Positions 14,201-27,200 of a stretch of 64,000 bases of DNA are shown here, piece after piece. A program made the position numbers and the translations under genes. The stretch is from Octopus bimaculoides (lineage: Eukaryota). Location of the stretch: NCBI RefSeq assembly GCF_001194135.2, contig NC_068997.1:19500973-19564972 (forward strand), given 5' to 3'. The notes beneath the pieces are model-generated. The model searched no databases, was not told where the DNA came from, and saw nothing but the letters and a program-made list of their open reading frames with translations. Positions within the stretch are counted from its first letter, which is position 1; every line of letters begins with the position of its first letter.

Positions 14201-17200
14201 CATTATCCCTTTTGATACCAGCCTGTCAAAAACTTCCCTTGGTCCTTTGGTGCAAACTTCCTGTTTTAAAAGTAACATAAATTTAAACTTTCCACAAAAA
14301 TTGCATGTTAATTTATGATTGTAAAAACCCAATAAATATTGAAAAACTTACCTTACAAATTTCATTAGTTTCAAAATTAATTGAAACAAAGGCTGTGTTT
14401 TTCAACAGAAATATGGTAACAAAAAGGTTATCATATGTTTTTTTTTTATTTTAACCCTTTAGCATTCAGATTAATTTATCAAATGTAATGCTTATTTATC
14501 TACATTTTAAAAAATTAATCATGTAGTGTCTTGTAGCTTCAGAATTTTGAAGATGTGTTTGTTTATTTTTAGGATGACATTGTTGGATAGATATGAGAGG
14601 CTGGATCTGGCCAGTTTCAACATAAAACTGGTAGAACATTTGGGTTGGATATAGCTGGTTTAAATGCTAAAGAGTTAAGTTGGTTGGCAGGATATGATTT
14701 AAGGGGTGTTTGGTTGTTCTTTCTAGCTGATCTAGCCAGGCTTCATTGTTGACTTGTTTGTGTGTATTGTAGTATACAGCACTGCAGTATATAGCGCTGA
14801 TCAACTGAAAAGAGTTTCCAGCTTTTTTCGAGCAAATTAATTAGAGTCAATGTAACTTCATCACTGTTTGTACTTTGCTTTGTATATTCTGGCACTAATG
14901 ACGGGAGGTAAGCAATTCAACACAATCGAGAGACTGCATAGATGTGTTTGATTGATTTAATGTTTAATATGTCAGTATTGTAATTAGTAAAGATGGTGGT
15001 ATATTGGTTAAAAAAAATCATTAAAGTAATGACATGAATAATTAATAACATTTATATTTACATCCTGAAAGTGTAGAAGCTTTGTGATGTGAAATAAATC
15101 ATTCAAAGGAGCATCTCAAAGTGGATGTAGTTATAAATAACAGTATGTAATATATTGAGTTTATAGAAGAACTTCAGGTAGAAACTTTAGTATAGTGTTT
15201 AGTACGTTTGTCATTGTCATAGGAGTTGCAGGTTCAAATCTCACAGGTAGCCTTTCACTTTTTTTTTATTTTCATTTTTTTACATCAAAACATCTTTTAA
15301 CAGAATATATTATATGCTTTTATTTATAGTTGTAACCATTTCAAGTCTCACTTTTAGGATCTGTTTCAGATTTTCTCAGTGGTTCTTCATCATCATCATC
15401 ATCATCGTCGTTGTTTAACGTCCGCTTTCCATGCTAGCATGGGTTGGACGATTTGACTGAGGACTGGTGAAACCAGATGGCTACACCAGGCTCCAATCTG
15501 ATTTGGCAGAGTTTCTACAGCTGGATGCCCTTCCTAACGCCAACCATTCAGAGAGTGTAGTGGGTGCTTTTACGTGCCACCGGCACGAAGGCCAGTCNNN
15601 NNNNNNNNNNNNNNNNNNNNNNNNNNNNNNNNNNNNNNNNNNNNNNNNNNNNNNNNNNNNNNNNNNNNNNNNNNNNNNNNNNNNNNNNNNNNNNNNNNNN
15701 NNNNNNNNNNNNNNNNNNNNNNNNNNNNNNNNNNAGGCGACGCTGGGCACAAGTGCCAGAAAGGCGACGCTGGGCACAGGTGCCATCACAATTTCGCTTT
15801 CGCTTGCCCCAGTAAGTCTTTGCAAGCTGAGTTTCGTGTCCAATGAAGGAGACGACGCTGGCATGGGTGCCAGATGTAAACAAATTTACTTTCTCACTTT
15901 TGATTGAATGAAAGGGAGATCAAAGGTTATTTTGATTAGCATGGTTAGCATGTCTATCATGAATACAAAAGATGCAAGTTCAAGTCTCACTGGCAGCCAC
16001 TAACCCTTTTATTTATCCCCCCATCTAAGGGTTTTTTGGGTTTTTTTACTCAATATATTACTATTATTTACAGATGCATCAATTTTGAACCTCAATGTGT
16101 GAGTTCAAATAGCACAAACATTTAACTTATCCTATCATTCTTCCAGGATTGGTAGACTTAATCTGTCACCCAATTCAATGCCATCATCTGGCCATTGGGT
16201 CCCTGTAACAGAATCCACTCTCTTGCAAGTATCTTGGGACCAGGCCTCTCTTTTGTATGATAGTAGACTGTGATATAAGAAAGATTTGATCTCTATTTTC
16301 AGGGGACCAAGTGACCATGTAGAGTTTTCTCATTAGTTTGTCAGCTATCGTGTAGAATATAATGTAATTTAATTAATAGCCTGTACATCATCAGATCTTG
16401 TAGTTTGTCAAGAGATATTAATATTGTAATTAATATCACGTATTCATCATTGGAATGTTTTAACCTTCTTTAATTTCCTTTTGTTTCTAGATCATCTTAC
16501 ACCAGAATCCTCTACATCGTATATCCTACTGCGCTGATGATAAATCAGATAAACGAATGTTCACATTCATTGCCAAAGCCGCTGATTCTAATAAACATTT
16601 TTGCTATGTATTTGACAGTGAAAAATGTGTAAGTCTGAAAATTTGTGATAAATTTCTACCAAAGCACGACATTACCTCAATTAACCATTTTGATACCAAA
16701 CTATCTAAAATCACTTCTTGTTTTATGGCCCAAAAATCATTCTAAGATCATCCAGTTGAACTTTGTATGGCTGTGTGATTAAGAAATTTGCTTCCCAACC
16801 ACATGGTTTTCAGTTCAATTCCATTGTATGGTTCCTTGGGTAAATGTCCTCTGCTATAGCCCCAAGCTGATCAAAGCCTTGTGAATGGATTTTGGTAGGT
16901 GGAAAATGAAAGAAGTCTGTCATTCATTCATTCATATATATATATATATATATATATATTGTGTTAAGGCTTGTTTTTTATGTTTAGTTATAATAAAAAC
17001 ACTTTTACATTATCTGAAAGGTTCCTTTGTACTTCTGTAGAGTACAAATTTATTCTTAAACAAAAATGTTGACAGTGACTTTGAAGTCAACAACATTCTT
17101 GTTTAAGAATAAACTATATATATATATATGTTTATCATCATCATCATCATTTAACATCCATTTTCCTATATTAATACAGCCTCCTGCCACCCGACTATTG

Positions 17201-20200
17201 TGTTCAAAAACCTAGTGAAGGGTGTCAGCAAGGGGATCTCGAATATATCCTCTGGCCAAGATATCTTCAACAACGACGCCCACTACTACAAGGCACTGGC
17301 GTTTAAGGACTGCATTTCCTACATGCCAGACCCTAGCACCTGGAAAAAGAAGCATTGCCAAAACATCATTTGGTTTGCCCCACCCTTCTCACTCAATGTC
17401 AAGACTTGTGTGGGGAGGGTGTTCCTTAGGTTAATAGACAATTGCTTCACACAGATACAGACATTTATTCAACTGACACAACCTAAGGGTCTCCTTTAGT
17501 TGTGCACCCAACATAAAATATATTTTAACTAATACCCACAAAACACAAGAGGAGGCAGGTTGCTCTTGCAGGGTGTACCATGACTGTCCAGTAGGGGCCC
17601 AATGTGAGGCCGAAGGAGTCATCTACAAGGCTATGGTGACACCTAGACCTGGCAACCACAGTAGCAACAATGTACCATCCAACAACGATGATGGCACCAG
17701 AGGCAGCATCAGTGGCAGAAACACCAGCTCTGATGCCAATGACCCCAGTACCAACACCACAGCCAGAGGGGATGACCAGTCCAGTACTAACGACACCAAA
17801 GAGGTAACCAGTGACCCCAGTGCCAACACCACAGCTAAAGTAGATGACCAGACCAATACCAATGACAAGGAAGTAACAGGCCCCACACCCTACATTACCA
17901 ACAGCGCCAACCCTATGACCAGACACAGCCACCACGGCGATAACAACCGCGGTGACAACAGACATACCAGCACCACCTGACCAGTGCGCCATAATGATAG
18001 CAGCCCCAGCAACACCTGTGACACCAACAATGTCCCCCAGGCCCAATGCCAACCAGACATGTATTAGGAATGTGAACATACTCTGTAAATACATTGGATC
18101 AGCCATCGGATCACACCTTTCAAGCGACACTTCTGCAATCACCAGTCATCCTTCAGGGTTCCAGAAAGACGTTTCGTTATGTCCCTGGCCAGCCGTGTGT
18201 GGCACCTCAAAGATCAAGAGACCCCATGTGATATCAGGTAGAAGATCTATCTATGCTAAGCCTGACTCACTGAATGCTGCCTCCTGCAAAATTGGGATTC
18301 TCTGCTTGCTGATTAGGCTTGTAAGAGACCTTACAAAATAGATCCCCTCCCACTTCCAATTTATCGATGGTCTAGGGGAGAGAAACGATCCTCATTAATG
18401 GGTTTTTTTTTTTTTCTCTGATAATCATTTGACCAACTGACCATAGCATTTCTCTACCTCCACGAGTGAAGAGTTAAATCTGTCTCTGTATATATAGTCT
18501 GATGAGCTGTCCACAAGTCTGCGCCTTTCGTGGATGCAAAACCATTGGTCACTCTATGACCAAACTTTAACTTTAGTAATTTAATCTATATAAAATAAAT
18601 GACTGAGATGGAAAATGGAATACTGCTCACAAGGATCATTTTTGGCACATCTTGCATTGACCCTTTGGTGAGGGTGTACCCTCTAGGTACAAGGTGTATA
18701 TTAGAGAGAATATGAATAGAGCAACTGAAATCAGACAAAATAATGTTTTTTATTTTTTTTACTAAATATTATTGCTACTGATTGAATAGGTTTTTAATAT
18801 CATTTTCTTAGTTTTCTTCCAAAGAAGAGTTATATAAGTATTAAAAATCTTTTCTTTTTTTTTTTTACTAATGTCAATACTTCCCTGCTTTCCTCCTCTA
18901 CCTTTTCTCTTGAACTTCATTTTCTGAGACTTTGTTCAATTGTAAGAACAACCAAAATTACTCTGACGGTGGAACTGTGTACAAAGATTACATTTTCATG
19001 ATGGGTTTACAAATCAGGATTTGTGTGTTAGTAACTCTGTATGTGTTTGTGTGAGTCATCTGTGTATGTGTGTGTGTGTGTGTAGTAGGATTTGTGTGTG
19101 TTAGTGTATATGTCACTGTGAGAGGTCAGTCACAAGTCAGCAGCTGTAGTGAAAGGTGTGTGGGTGTGACTGTGTGTGTGTGTGTGTTAGCATGTGCGCG
19201 TGTATACCATCATTATCATATATATGTGTGTGCTTTTGCATTTGTCCCCAGCACTGCTTGAAAACCAGTGTTGGTTTGTTCACAACTGTGTAACAAAGTA
19301 GTTCAGCAAAAGAGACTGATAGAGTAAGTGAATAAGTATCAGGCTTAAAAAAAAAAAGAAGTTCTGGGGTCAATTTGTTTGAGTAAAAACCCTTCAAGGT
19401 GGTACTCCAGCATGGTCACAGTCCAAAGTAAATACAAGTTAGTGAATCGACCCTACATTTATTATGTTGAACCCAGTGCCTAGCGGCATTTCTTCCAGTT
19501 TTTTATGTTCCCAGTTCAAATTTTGTCAAGGTTGATATTGCCATTCATCCTTTCAGGGTGAATAAGTAGAAGGGTGAAATAAATAGGGTGGAACAAGTAG
19601 AAGTTGAACACTGAGGTGGATATAATCAACTATCCTGTTCCCTTAAATTGCTGATTTTGTCTTATTTTTAAGTATGATGTGTTGGCAATATCAGAGTAGT
19701 GCAATTAAGAAAGACAGACAAACAGAATCCTTGAATGAATATCCATAATCCACCCTCTTTGAACTTCCAACTTCTTTCTGTCTGTTTTATTACTCAGTTT
19801 TTACGTCAAGAGTTCACATGTACAATATTTAACCTTAGAGCTGTTTGTGTGTGTGTGTGTGTCTGTTTGTGTAAAATACTAAAATAATCGTTTTACAAAA
19901 TGACATGTTTCAAACTCTCTGTTGGATCGTTTAGGTAAATAGATTTTTAATCCAACTATTGTTATTCATTTATTTGGTCAGGAGTGGTCACATATTGCAG
20001 CTATCATTTCTAGTCTGGTTTTCTCTTGTTTGTGTTAAGGTAGCTTAGTTTACTATGACTTCCTTTTTTCAACTGAAACTACTTTCTTTTCATAATAGCA
20101 GCACAGTAGTAGTTCAGTATTTTCTCTCCTACTAATTTTATCATTTTAACCTCAACATTGTATAACACTTAAAATGACTGAATCGAAACACGTATGGGTT

Positions 20201-21220
20201 TTTTTTTTTTTCCACTTTTTATATAATTTTACTTTACTTTGTTTTTAAATTAATTTTCCCAACCAAGGGAGATCTTGTTTTCTAAAGTAAAAATCCCTTT
20301 CGTCTTCAGGCTAAAGAAATAACCATGACTGTTGGTCAGGCGTTTGATTTAGCATATCGAAGATTTGTGGAAACAACCGGGAAAGATATCGATGTTCGTA
20401 AACAGTTCCTTCTTTTACAGAAAAAGGTATGGATATTTTTGTTTTCATTATAACTTATCAAGAACAATGTAACCATGTATTCTAAATCTGATAGGTTTTT
20501 TTTGTGATTTCTTTCTTTGTATGGATCAGCAATTCTCAAATTGTATGAGGAAGCATACTGGTGCACTACTTCAAATTTTACATTCACGTTGTTTATTGTT
20601 TTTGATTCGTCATGCATTATTTTTGTAGCTTCAAAATTATGATGGTGTGATTGTATATCTTATAATGGCATTGAAGGATAGATGTGAAAGGCTGGATCTG
20701 GCTGGCTAGAGCATAAAACAGAGCATGTTCGGGCCGGATATGGCCAGTAATTTCAGGCTTTGGAAAATCCATCTTTAAAAACATGTTATTCATAATTTTG
20801 TAACACTCGTATGATTAACCCTTTAGCCATATCTTAAGCTGGCCGTATCCTGCCCAAATATTCTTCTCCCTGTTTTATTTTCAAATTGACCAAATCTGAC
20901 TTCTCATTCATCCCCTTAAGAATATCATTCTAAAAATAAGCAGTCACATCATTGAAATCTTGAAGCTGCATACAAGACAATGAATGGTTAATTCAAAACA
21001 ATGTGAATAAACATTACATTTGACAATAGTCTAAATGCTAAAGGGTTAATAAAATGATTTAAACAGTTGTTTCTATANNNNNNNNNNNNNNNNNNNNNNN
21101 NNNNNNNNNNNNNNNNNNNNNNNNNNNNNNNNNNNNNNNNNNNNNNNNNNNNNNNNNNNNNNNNNNNNNNNNNNNNNNNNNNNNNNNNNNNNNNNNNNNN
21201 NNNNNNNNNNNNNNNNNNNN

Positions 21221-21256
<36 letters not shown>

Positions 21257-24200
21257 CTCTCACCATTGTGGACTGACTAAGTGTCTTCATTGGGGATAGC
21301 CATGTCTATGTGGTTAAGAAGCTTGCTTTGCATGTCACTTTGGGCACTGGAACAACCAATGTCTTGTGAGTGAAATTGGTTGGCGGAAACTCTGGAAGCC
21401 TGTCATGTGTGTGTATGTGTTCGCTCTCTTGCATCGCTACAACTTAGCAGTTCAGCAGAGCAGACTGATAGAATAAGTACCAGACTTCAGTAAAGAATAT
21501 AAGTACAAGTGTCAATAAACTCAACTAAGACCCTTCAAGGTAGTACTCCAACATGGCCACAAATAAAAAACAAAAGATTTATTGGGGATAAATTAATGGC
21601 TACAGGCTTGTCTTGGCTCCATATAAAAAGAATGTTGGCCTCGTTTTCTTCAATAAATTATGTTTTTGTTTGTTTAGTTGAAAAATATACTTTTCTAGTG
21701 AACATCATGCCTCCTAGGACACCTGCATACAGCACTAGTGGTAAACATTTACGTTATAACAGTTCAGCCAACTATTCTTTGGTGAACTTTCCTATAATTA
21801 GTCATATTAAATAGGTTGTATTTCATAGCTGAGTGACTTTAGAGTTGGTTTACTTAACTATGCATGATGTTAATTGAGAACTGTGTGTTGTTAATGATTC
21901 TATTTTTAGGAACTTTGCATTCATATCCATTACAGATTCGTACCTGAATTTAGATCACATGTTTTAAACTTACATAAATAAATTTTTAAAATATAAGAGT
22001 GTATAAAATGTTTTTATACACAAAGAGGAGACCGTTGACAGGACTCCTTACATGCTAAAAAGGCCAGTTATTTATGATGGTAAATAATTTTTTTTTTTAA
22101 ATTGTTTTTCTTTTTTACTTTAAAAAAATTTTTGATTTTTAATTCTTTTAATCATCTGACTTCAGTCATGCTGGAGCACTGCCTTGTAGTAGTGCTAGTC
22201 TTAATCAAATAAACTGACGCCAGTACTTATTTTAAAGTCTAGTATTTATTCCATCAGTCTCGTTAACCAAACCACTAAGTTATGGAGATATGAATCGATG
22301 TCACTTGTCAAGTGGTTGGTGAGAAATACAAATACAGACATGTGTCAGGTCATTTGTGAGGCACTCTCTTGAGTGCTACTGATAACATGGAATCCAATTG
22401 CAACCTGTTGCATGGTCAGGTCATCTCCACTAGGTTTACCTGGTGAGGTGTGTTGCTAGAAACCCTGCAGGACTAAAAACATTACCTGTCAAAATGATGG
22501 ATGAATCTAGTATGGGTTCAACATCTAGCAATAGCACAAGCCCTCAGAAATTCCAAGTTGGCGTCCAGTGTGCTGGAAGTGAGGCACCCCTTAGTTTTTG
22601 TTAAAGCATGTCTCTAGAACCTGCTTCAGACCTAGGCTACATCTGTTCTGATAATCGATGGTGACTTGGTCAGAGATTCCTCTGTAACAGTTGATAATTG
22701 ATGGCAAGAGGAGCTTCTTATTTCTTTATTGCCCACAAGAGACTAAACATAGAGGGGACAAACAAAGGGATTAAGTCAATTACATCGACCCCAATGCGTA
22801 ACTGGTACTTAATTTATCAACCCTGAAAGGCAAAGTCGACCTCGGCGGAATTTGAACCCAGAACNNNNNNNNNNNNNNNNNNNNNNNNNNNNNNNNNNNN
22901 NNNNNNNNNNNNNNNNNNNNNNNNNNNNNNNNNNNNNNNNNNNNNNNNNNNNNNNNNNNNNNNNNNNNNNNNNNNNNNNNNNNNNNNNNNNNNNNNNNNN
23001 NNNNNNNNNNNNNNNNNNNNNNNNNNNNNNNNNNNNNNNNNNNNNNNNNNNNNNNNNNNNNNNNNNNNNNNNNNNNNNNNNNNNNNNNNNNNNNNNNNNN
23101 NNNNNNNNNNNNNNNNNNNNNNNNNNNNNNNNNNNNNNNNNNNNNNNNNNNNNNNNNNNNNNNNNNNNNNNNNNNNNNNNNNNNNNNNNNNNNNNNNNNN
23201 NNNNNNNNNNNNNNNNNNNNNNNNNNNNNNNNNNNNNNNNNNNNNNNNNNNNNNNNNNNNNNNNNNNNNNNNNNNNNNNNNNNNNNNNNNNNNNNNNNNN
23301 NNNNNNNNNNNNNNNNNNNNNNNNNNNNNNNNNNNNNNNNNNNNNNNNNNNNNNNNNNNNNNNNNNNNNNNNNNNNNNNNNNNNNNNNNNNNNNNNNNNN
23401 NNNNNNNNNNNNNNNNNNNNNNNNNNNNNNNNNNNNNNNNNNNNNNNNNNNNNNNNNNNNNNNNNNNNNNNNNNNNNNNNNNNNNNNNNNNNNNNNNNNN
23501 NNNNNNNNNNNNNNNNNNNNNNNNNNNNNNNNNNNNNNNNNNNNNNNNNNNNNNNNNNNNNNNNNNNNNNNNNNNNNNNNNNNNNNNNNNNNNNNNNNNN
23601 NNNNNNNNNNNNNNNNNNNNNNNNNNNNNNNNNNNNNNNNNNNNNNNNNNNNNNNNNNNNNNNNNNNNNNNNNNNNNNNNNNNNNNNNNNNNNNNNNNNN
23701 NNNNNNNNNNNNNNNNNNNNNNNNNNNNNNNNNNNNNNNNNNNNNNNNNNNNNNNNNNNNNNNNNNNNNNNGAGGACCAAAAATTCCATGTAAAATGCAG
23801 TAAGATTTGCAAAGATAGCCATGTCATAATGTTTGAACATTTATTCTACATATTTAACACTCTGTCGACTTGTATGCCAGAAAATACTCTATATTTATGT
23901 CATGCATTTCAAGACAAACACCTTTTTTTTTTTTCATCTACCATTATTTCATTATTCAGATATTTCACAGCATGTTTCTTTTTCCATGTCTAGCATGATG
24001 CACTTTGAGTTTATCTTTTGTCTAATTTATTGGCATTTCCTTCATGAAATTTAAGTAACTAGGCATTATTACTGCCAGGACACAGTTGCCTTTCTCTAAG
24101 AATTAATCTGTCATTCCTCATCTGGTCTTGTATAACCAAGCACCAGATGGGGAATTTGTATGTCAATTCTTTTAGACTGATTGGGACCTGCTGGCACCGT

Positions 24201-27200
24201 TATATCAATATTTAATATTTGATAGAATACAGTGTTTGAAATTCAGATACTGTCTGTGAAAATAAAATATAATTAATAAACTAAAGTAAAATTCATTAAA
24301 AAATTAATTTAATTAGATAATTGATCAAAACTTAGTAAATTTGTGAATTTTTTAAATTTATTGATTGATTTTTAACTTTTGCATGGCTTTGCATGATTTC
24401 TTTCAATATTGCATGATTTTATTGCTTCTCTTTTAAGAGATGAAGTTCCACTGGAATTCACTTGGTTAACCCAACTTTCTCAGCATGCTAGTCATATTGT
24501 TTGTTTCTTTAGCACTGGCAGCATTGAGAAATATTTGTTCAAAATTCTAAGCTCAACTGTTGACTTTCCATAATTGAACAACAGAATAAAAGAAAAGATA
24601 GGACTTTGTACATTCAACCTTACTTCTTGACCAACATCTCTACATCCATACCTCTGTTGCTGTAGTTTAGTTTAAGAATAGTAAACTAAGCTTTATTTCT
24701 GAAACTAAATATGCTGTTGAAGTCTCAGCACCACATGAAACTGTAGCAGCTTTGTTGGAGATAGTTTAGAGATCAATGTTTTAACACTGCTCAAAGCGGT
24801 TGTTACCATCTTTGTTTAATACCCACTTTTCCACATTTGCACGGGTCGGATCGAACATGATTTCATGCTTAGTCTCATCAATGCTTGTCAGTGGCTCTTA
24901 CCCCGCCTCCTACCTTTATTATTTATAATTTTTACTTTTACCATTTATGAAATAAACATGAGATTTCTACGGTAAATTTTATAAACTGACAGAATGAGCC
25001 AGCTTAATCCTAGCGAGCCAAATAAGAGCCACTGACTGCATGGTACTTTGCGCAAGTGTCTTCTATTATAGCACTAGGCCAACAGAAGTTTGTCATGTAT
25101 ATATACCTGCATACGTGTGTGTGTTTATGCCTCCTCTTGACATTGCATGATAGTTGTGTCATTATACCAGTGAGGTCATTTGTTCCCAGTCTTCCCTGAA
25201 AAAACACATCTGGTTATAGGGAAATATTACCTTACTTGGAAGCAAATGAGGGGTTGGCAACAGGAAGGACATCCAGCTGTTGAAAATCTGCATCAGCAAA
25301 TTCTGCCTAACCCATGCAAGCATGGAAAAGTAGATGTTACAACACTGATGGTGGTGATATATGTATATGTAATTTTATTTTAAAAGAAATGTTTAACACT
25401 TGGTTACTTGTTCAGTAAAAGTTTAAAGCAGAATCTGGATTTTTTTTTTTATTTCTACCAAACAAAAAAAAGATCCTTCCATCACTATGTCGTTTTACTG
25501 TAAATTAATTCAGCCGTCTGAAATCCTCCAACTCACAGATTTTAAACCTTGGCATAGTGGAAACTGTTTCCAGTCCCACAGCTGTTACTTCAAACACTGG
25601 TGATATGATGTCTCTGACCTCACGCTGCAATTCTCTTCCGTATAATAAAGTTCCTACCTCACCAACAGATATTTTTTCACCATCCTCACCAACAGATATT
25701 TTGTCACCATCCTCACCAACAGATATTTTTTCACCATTCCCAGTTTCATACACAGCACGAAAGGAGGTAATTTTAAAAACCAGCTTCGCATTGCGATTTC
25801 AATATAACTTTTTTAACAACATGGAATAAATGTTGTGCTTTCTTCCTAACACCCATATGCATTAAACAAGAAAAGAAAATAGATGGGTTTATTGAACCCT
25901 TGATAACTCAACATTCCTGCTATTTACTAAAAAAGGTTTTGGGACAAAATCATTATTTTTCATTGCTTTATTTGTTTTTACTAAATATTTGAAGCCCGTT
26001 CTTGTAATCTCCCTGCAAATCTAATACTTCCATACGCTTGAAACTGGTTGTCTTATGTGTCTGAAGTAATGCTTACATTATCATATATACATATATCTCT
26101 ATACATATATATATAAAATGAAAGATGTACAAGCAAAGCATTTGGCATTACTTGAGGCTATTTACTTCATAATAAAGAGTTCAAATAAAGTATTTATCTA
26201 CCATAGCTGTTCTATGTTTTATTTATACTTTATTTGTATTCCTTATTATGAAGTAAATATTCTCAAGTAATGCCAAATGCTTTGCTCGTCCACCTTCCAT
26301 TTTTGATCTAGTTGCACCTGCTGAATCCGGTAACATAGTGGTTCAGCAAAAGAGACTGGTAAAATAAGTACCAGGCTTTTTACAAAAAGAAAGGAACTGG
26401 TGTTGATTTCTTTGACTAAAATCTGCAATTCAATGACTGAAACATGTAAAATGTTCAAAAGATGTGACTTATGTAGTTCTGCTTCTTCCTGTGTTTCAAA
26501 TAACTTACAACTAATCTTAAATGTCTACAATATTAAATTAATTTGAACTGCAACATGTGTTCTTAAATTAACTTTAAGATTACATGTTGCAAACAGGAGC
26601 ATAATTATATTTACATGGTTTCAAGTAACTGAACTGAAAAATATCCTGTGAATCTAGTTCTCTTAAAATTGTGTTGTGATCCATGTACAAGAAATATTTC
26701 TCAGCTTTTCAATGAAATTACTGAATAGCCATATTTTAAATTGTCATTTAATCCTACTTTGTTATAAAGTCAAACAGAACTAAATCTCAAAACAACAGGT
26801 TTTTATGGTTATGCACCAAATAACATAATTTCTTTTCTTTTCAAGTTCCAAATAACTACTAAGTTTATATTGTTTAAATTCCTTTTCATAAGTCTCTTTG
26901 AATTTGTGCCATTGTTTAAATACCTTTTTATAACAATCTATACCTCTTGGTTCACTTAACCTTAACTCAAACTTATTATTACTATTTACTGCTAAAATAT
27001 TTAGTTGACTGTCTGGCCTTAGGTTGGCATCAGAAGACCAACTATTAAACACAATTTACTAATTTTCAGTTTATTTGTTTTATATTGTTTTTTAAGTTTT
27101 TTTTTTTTTCATCTTCATATCAAGTTCTAATTTTTTCTTTCCTCTCATTTTGGTTAGGCTGGATTGCAGGCAAACAGCAAGAAACAAACAAGCAATGGTG

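Larger units (their letters stand above)
17176..18556 (+). mobile_element. Decayed Penelope-like retroelement (RT thumb + Cys linker + GIY-YIG endonuclease + 3' hammerhead), Hydra-clade-like
   Basis: Conceptual translation across frameshifts: [16 protein letters not shown]...[27 protein letters not shown]...[18 protein letters not shown]...[27 protein letters not shown]...KYIGS...[13 protein letters not shown]...[11 protein letters not shown]. These match PLE motifs NIIWFNPPYS, KVSYSCMPN, CxCx5Cx5C, VVYKA, YIG, FKxRYxNH. Confidence 0.8.

Noticed and set aside
17525-18142. 205-aa hydrophobic V/G-rich ORF on the minus strand
   Set aside because: Antisense shadow of the T/N/D-rich PLE insertion; no independent gene signals.
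22809-23840. Long ORFs (313-343 aa), and others spanning N runs such as 29228-29896, 56729-57166 and 59277-59732 beyond the true exon
   Set aside because: They are open only because N codons contain no stops.
25657-25737. 27-bp direct repeats as a possible CRISPR array
   Set aside because: The repeats are contiguous with no spacers, in a eukaryotic coding context, with no cas genes.
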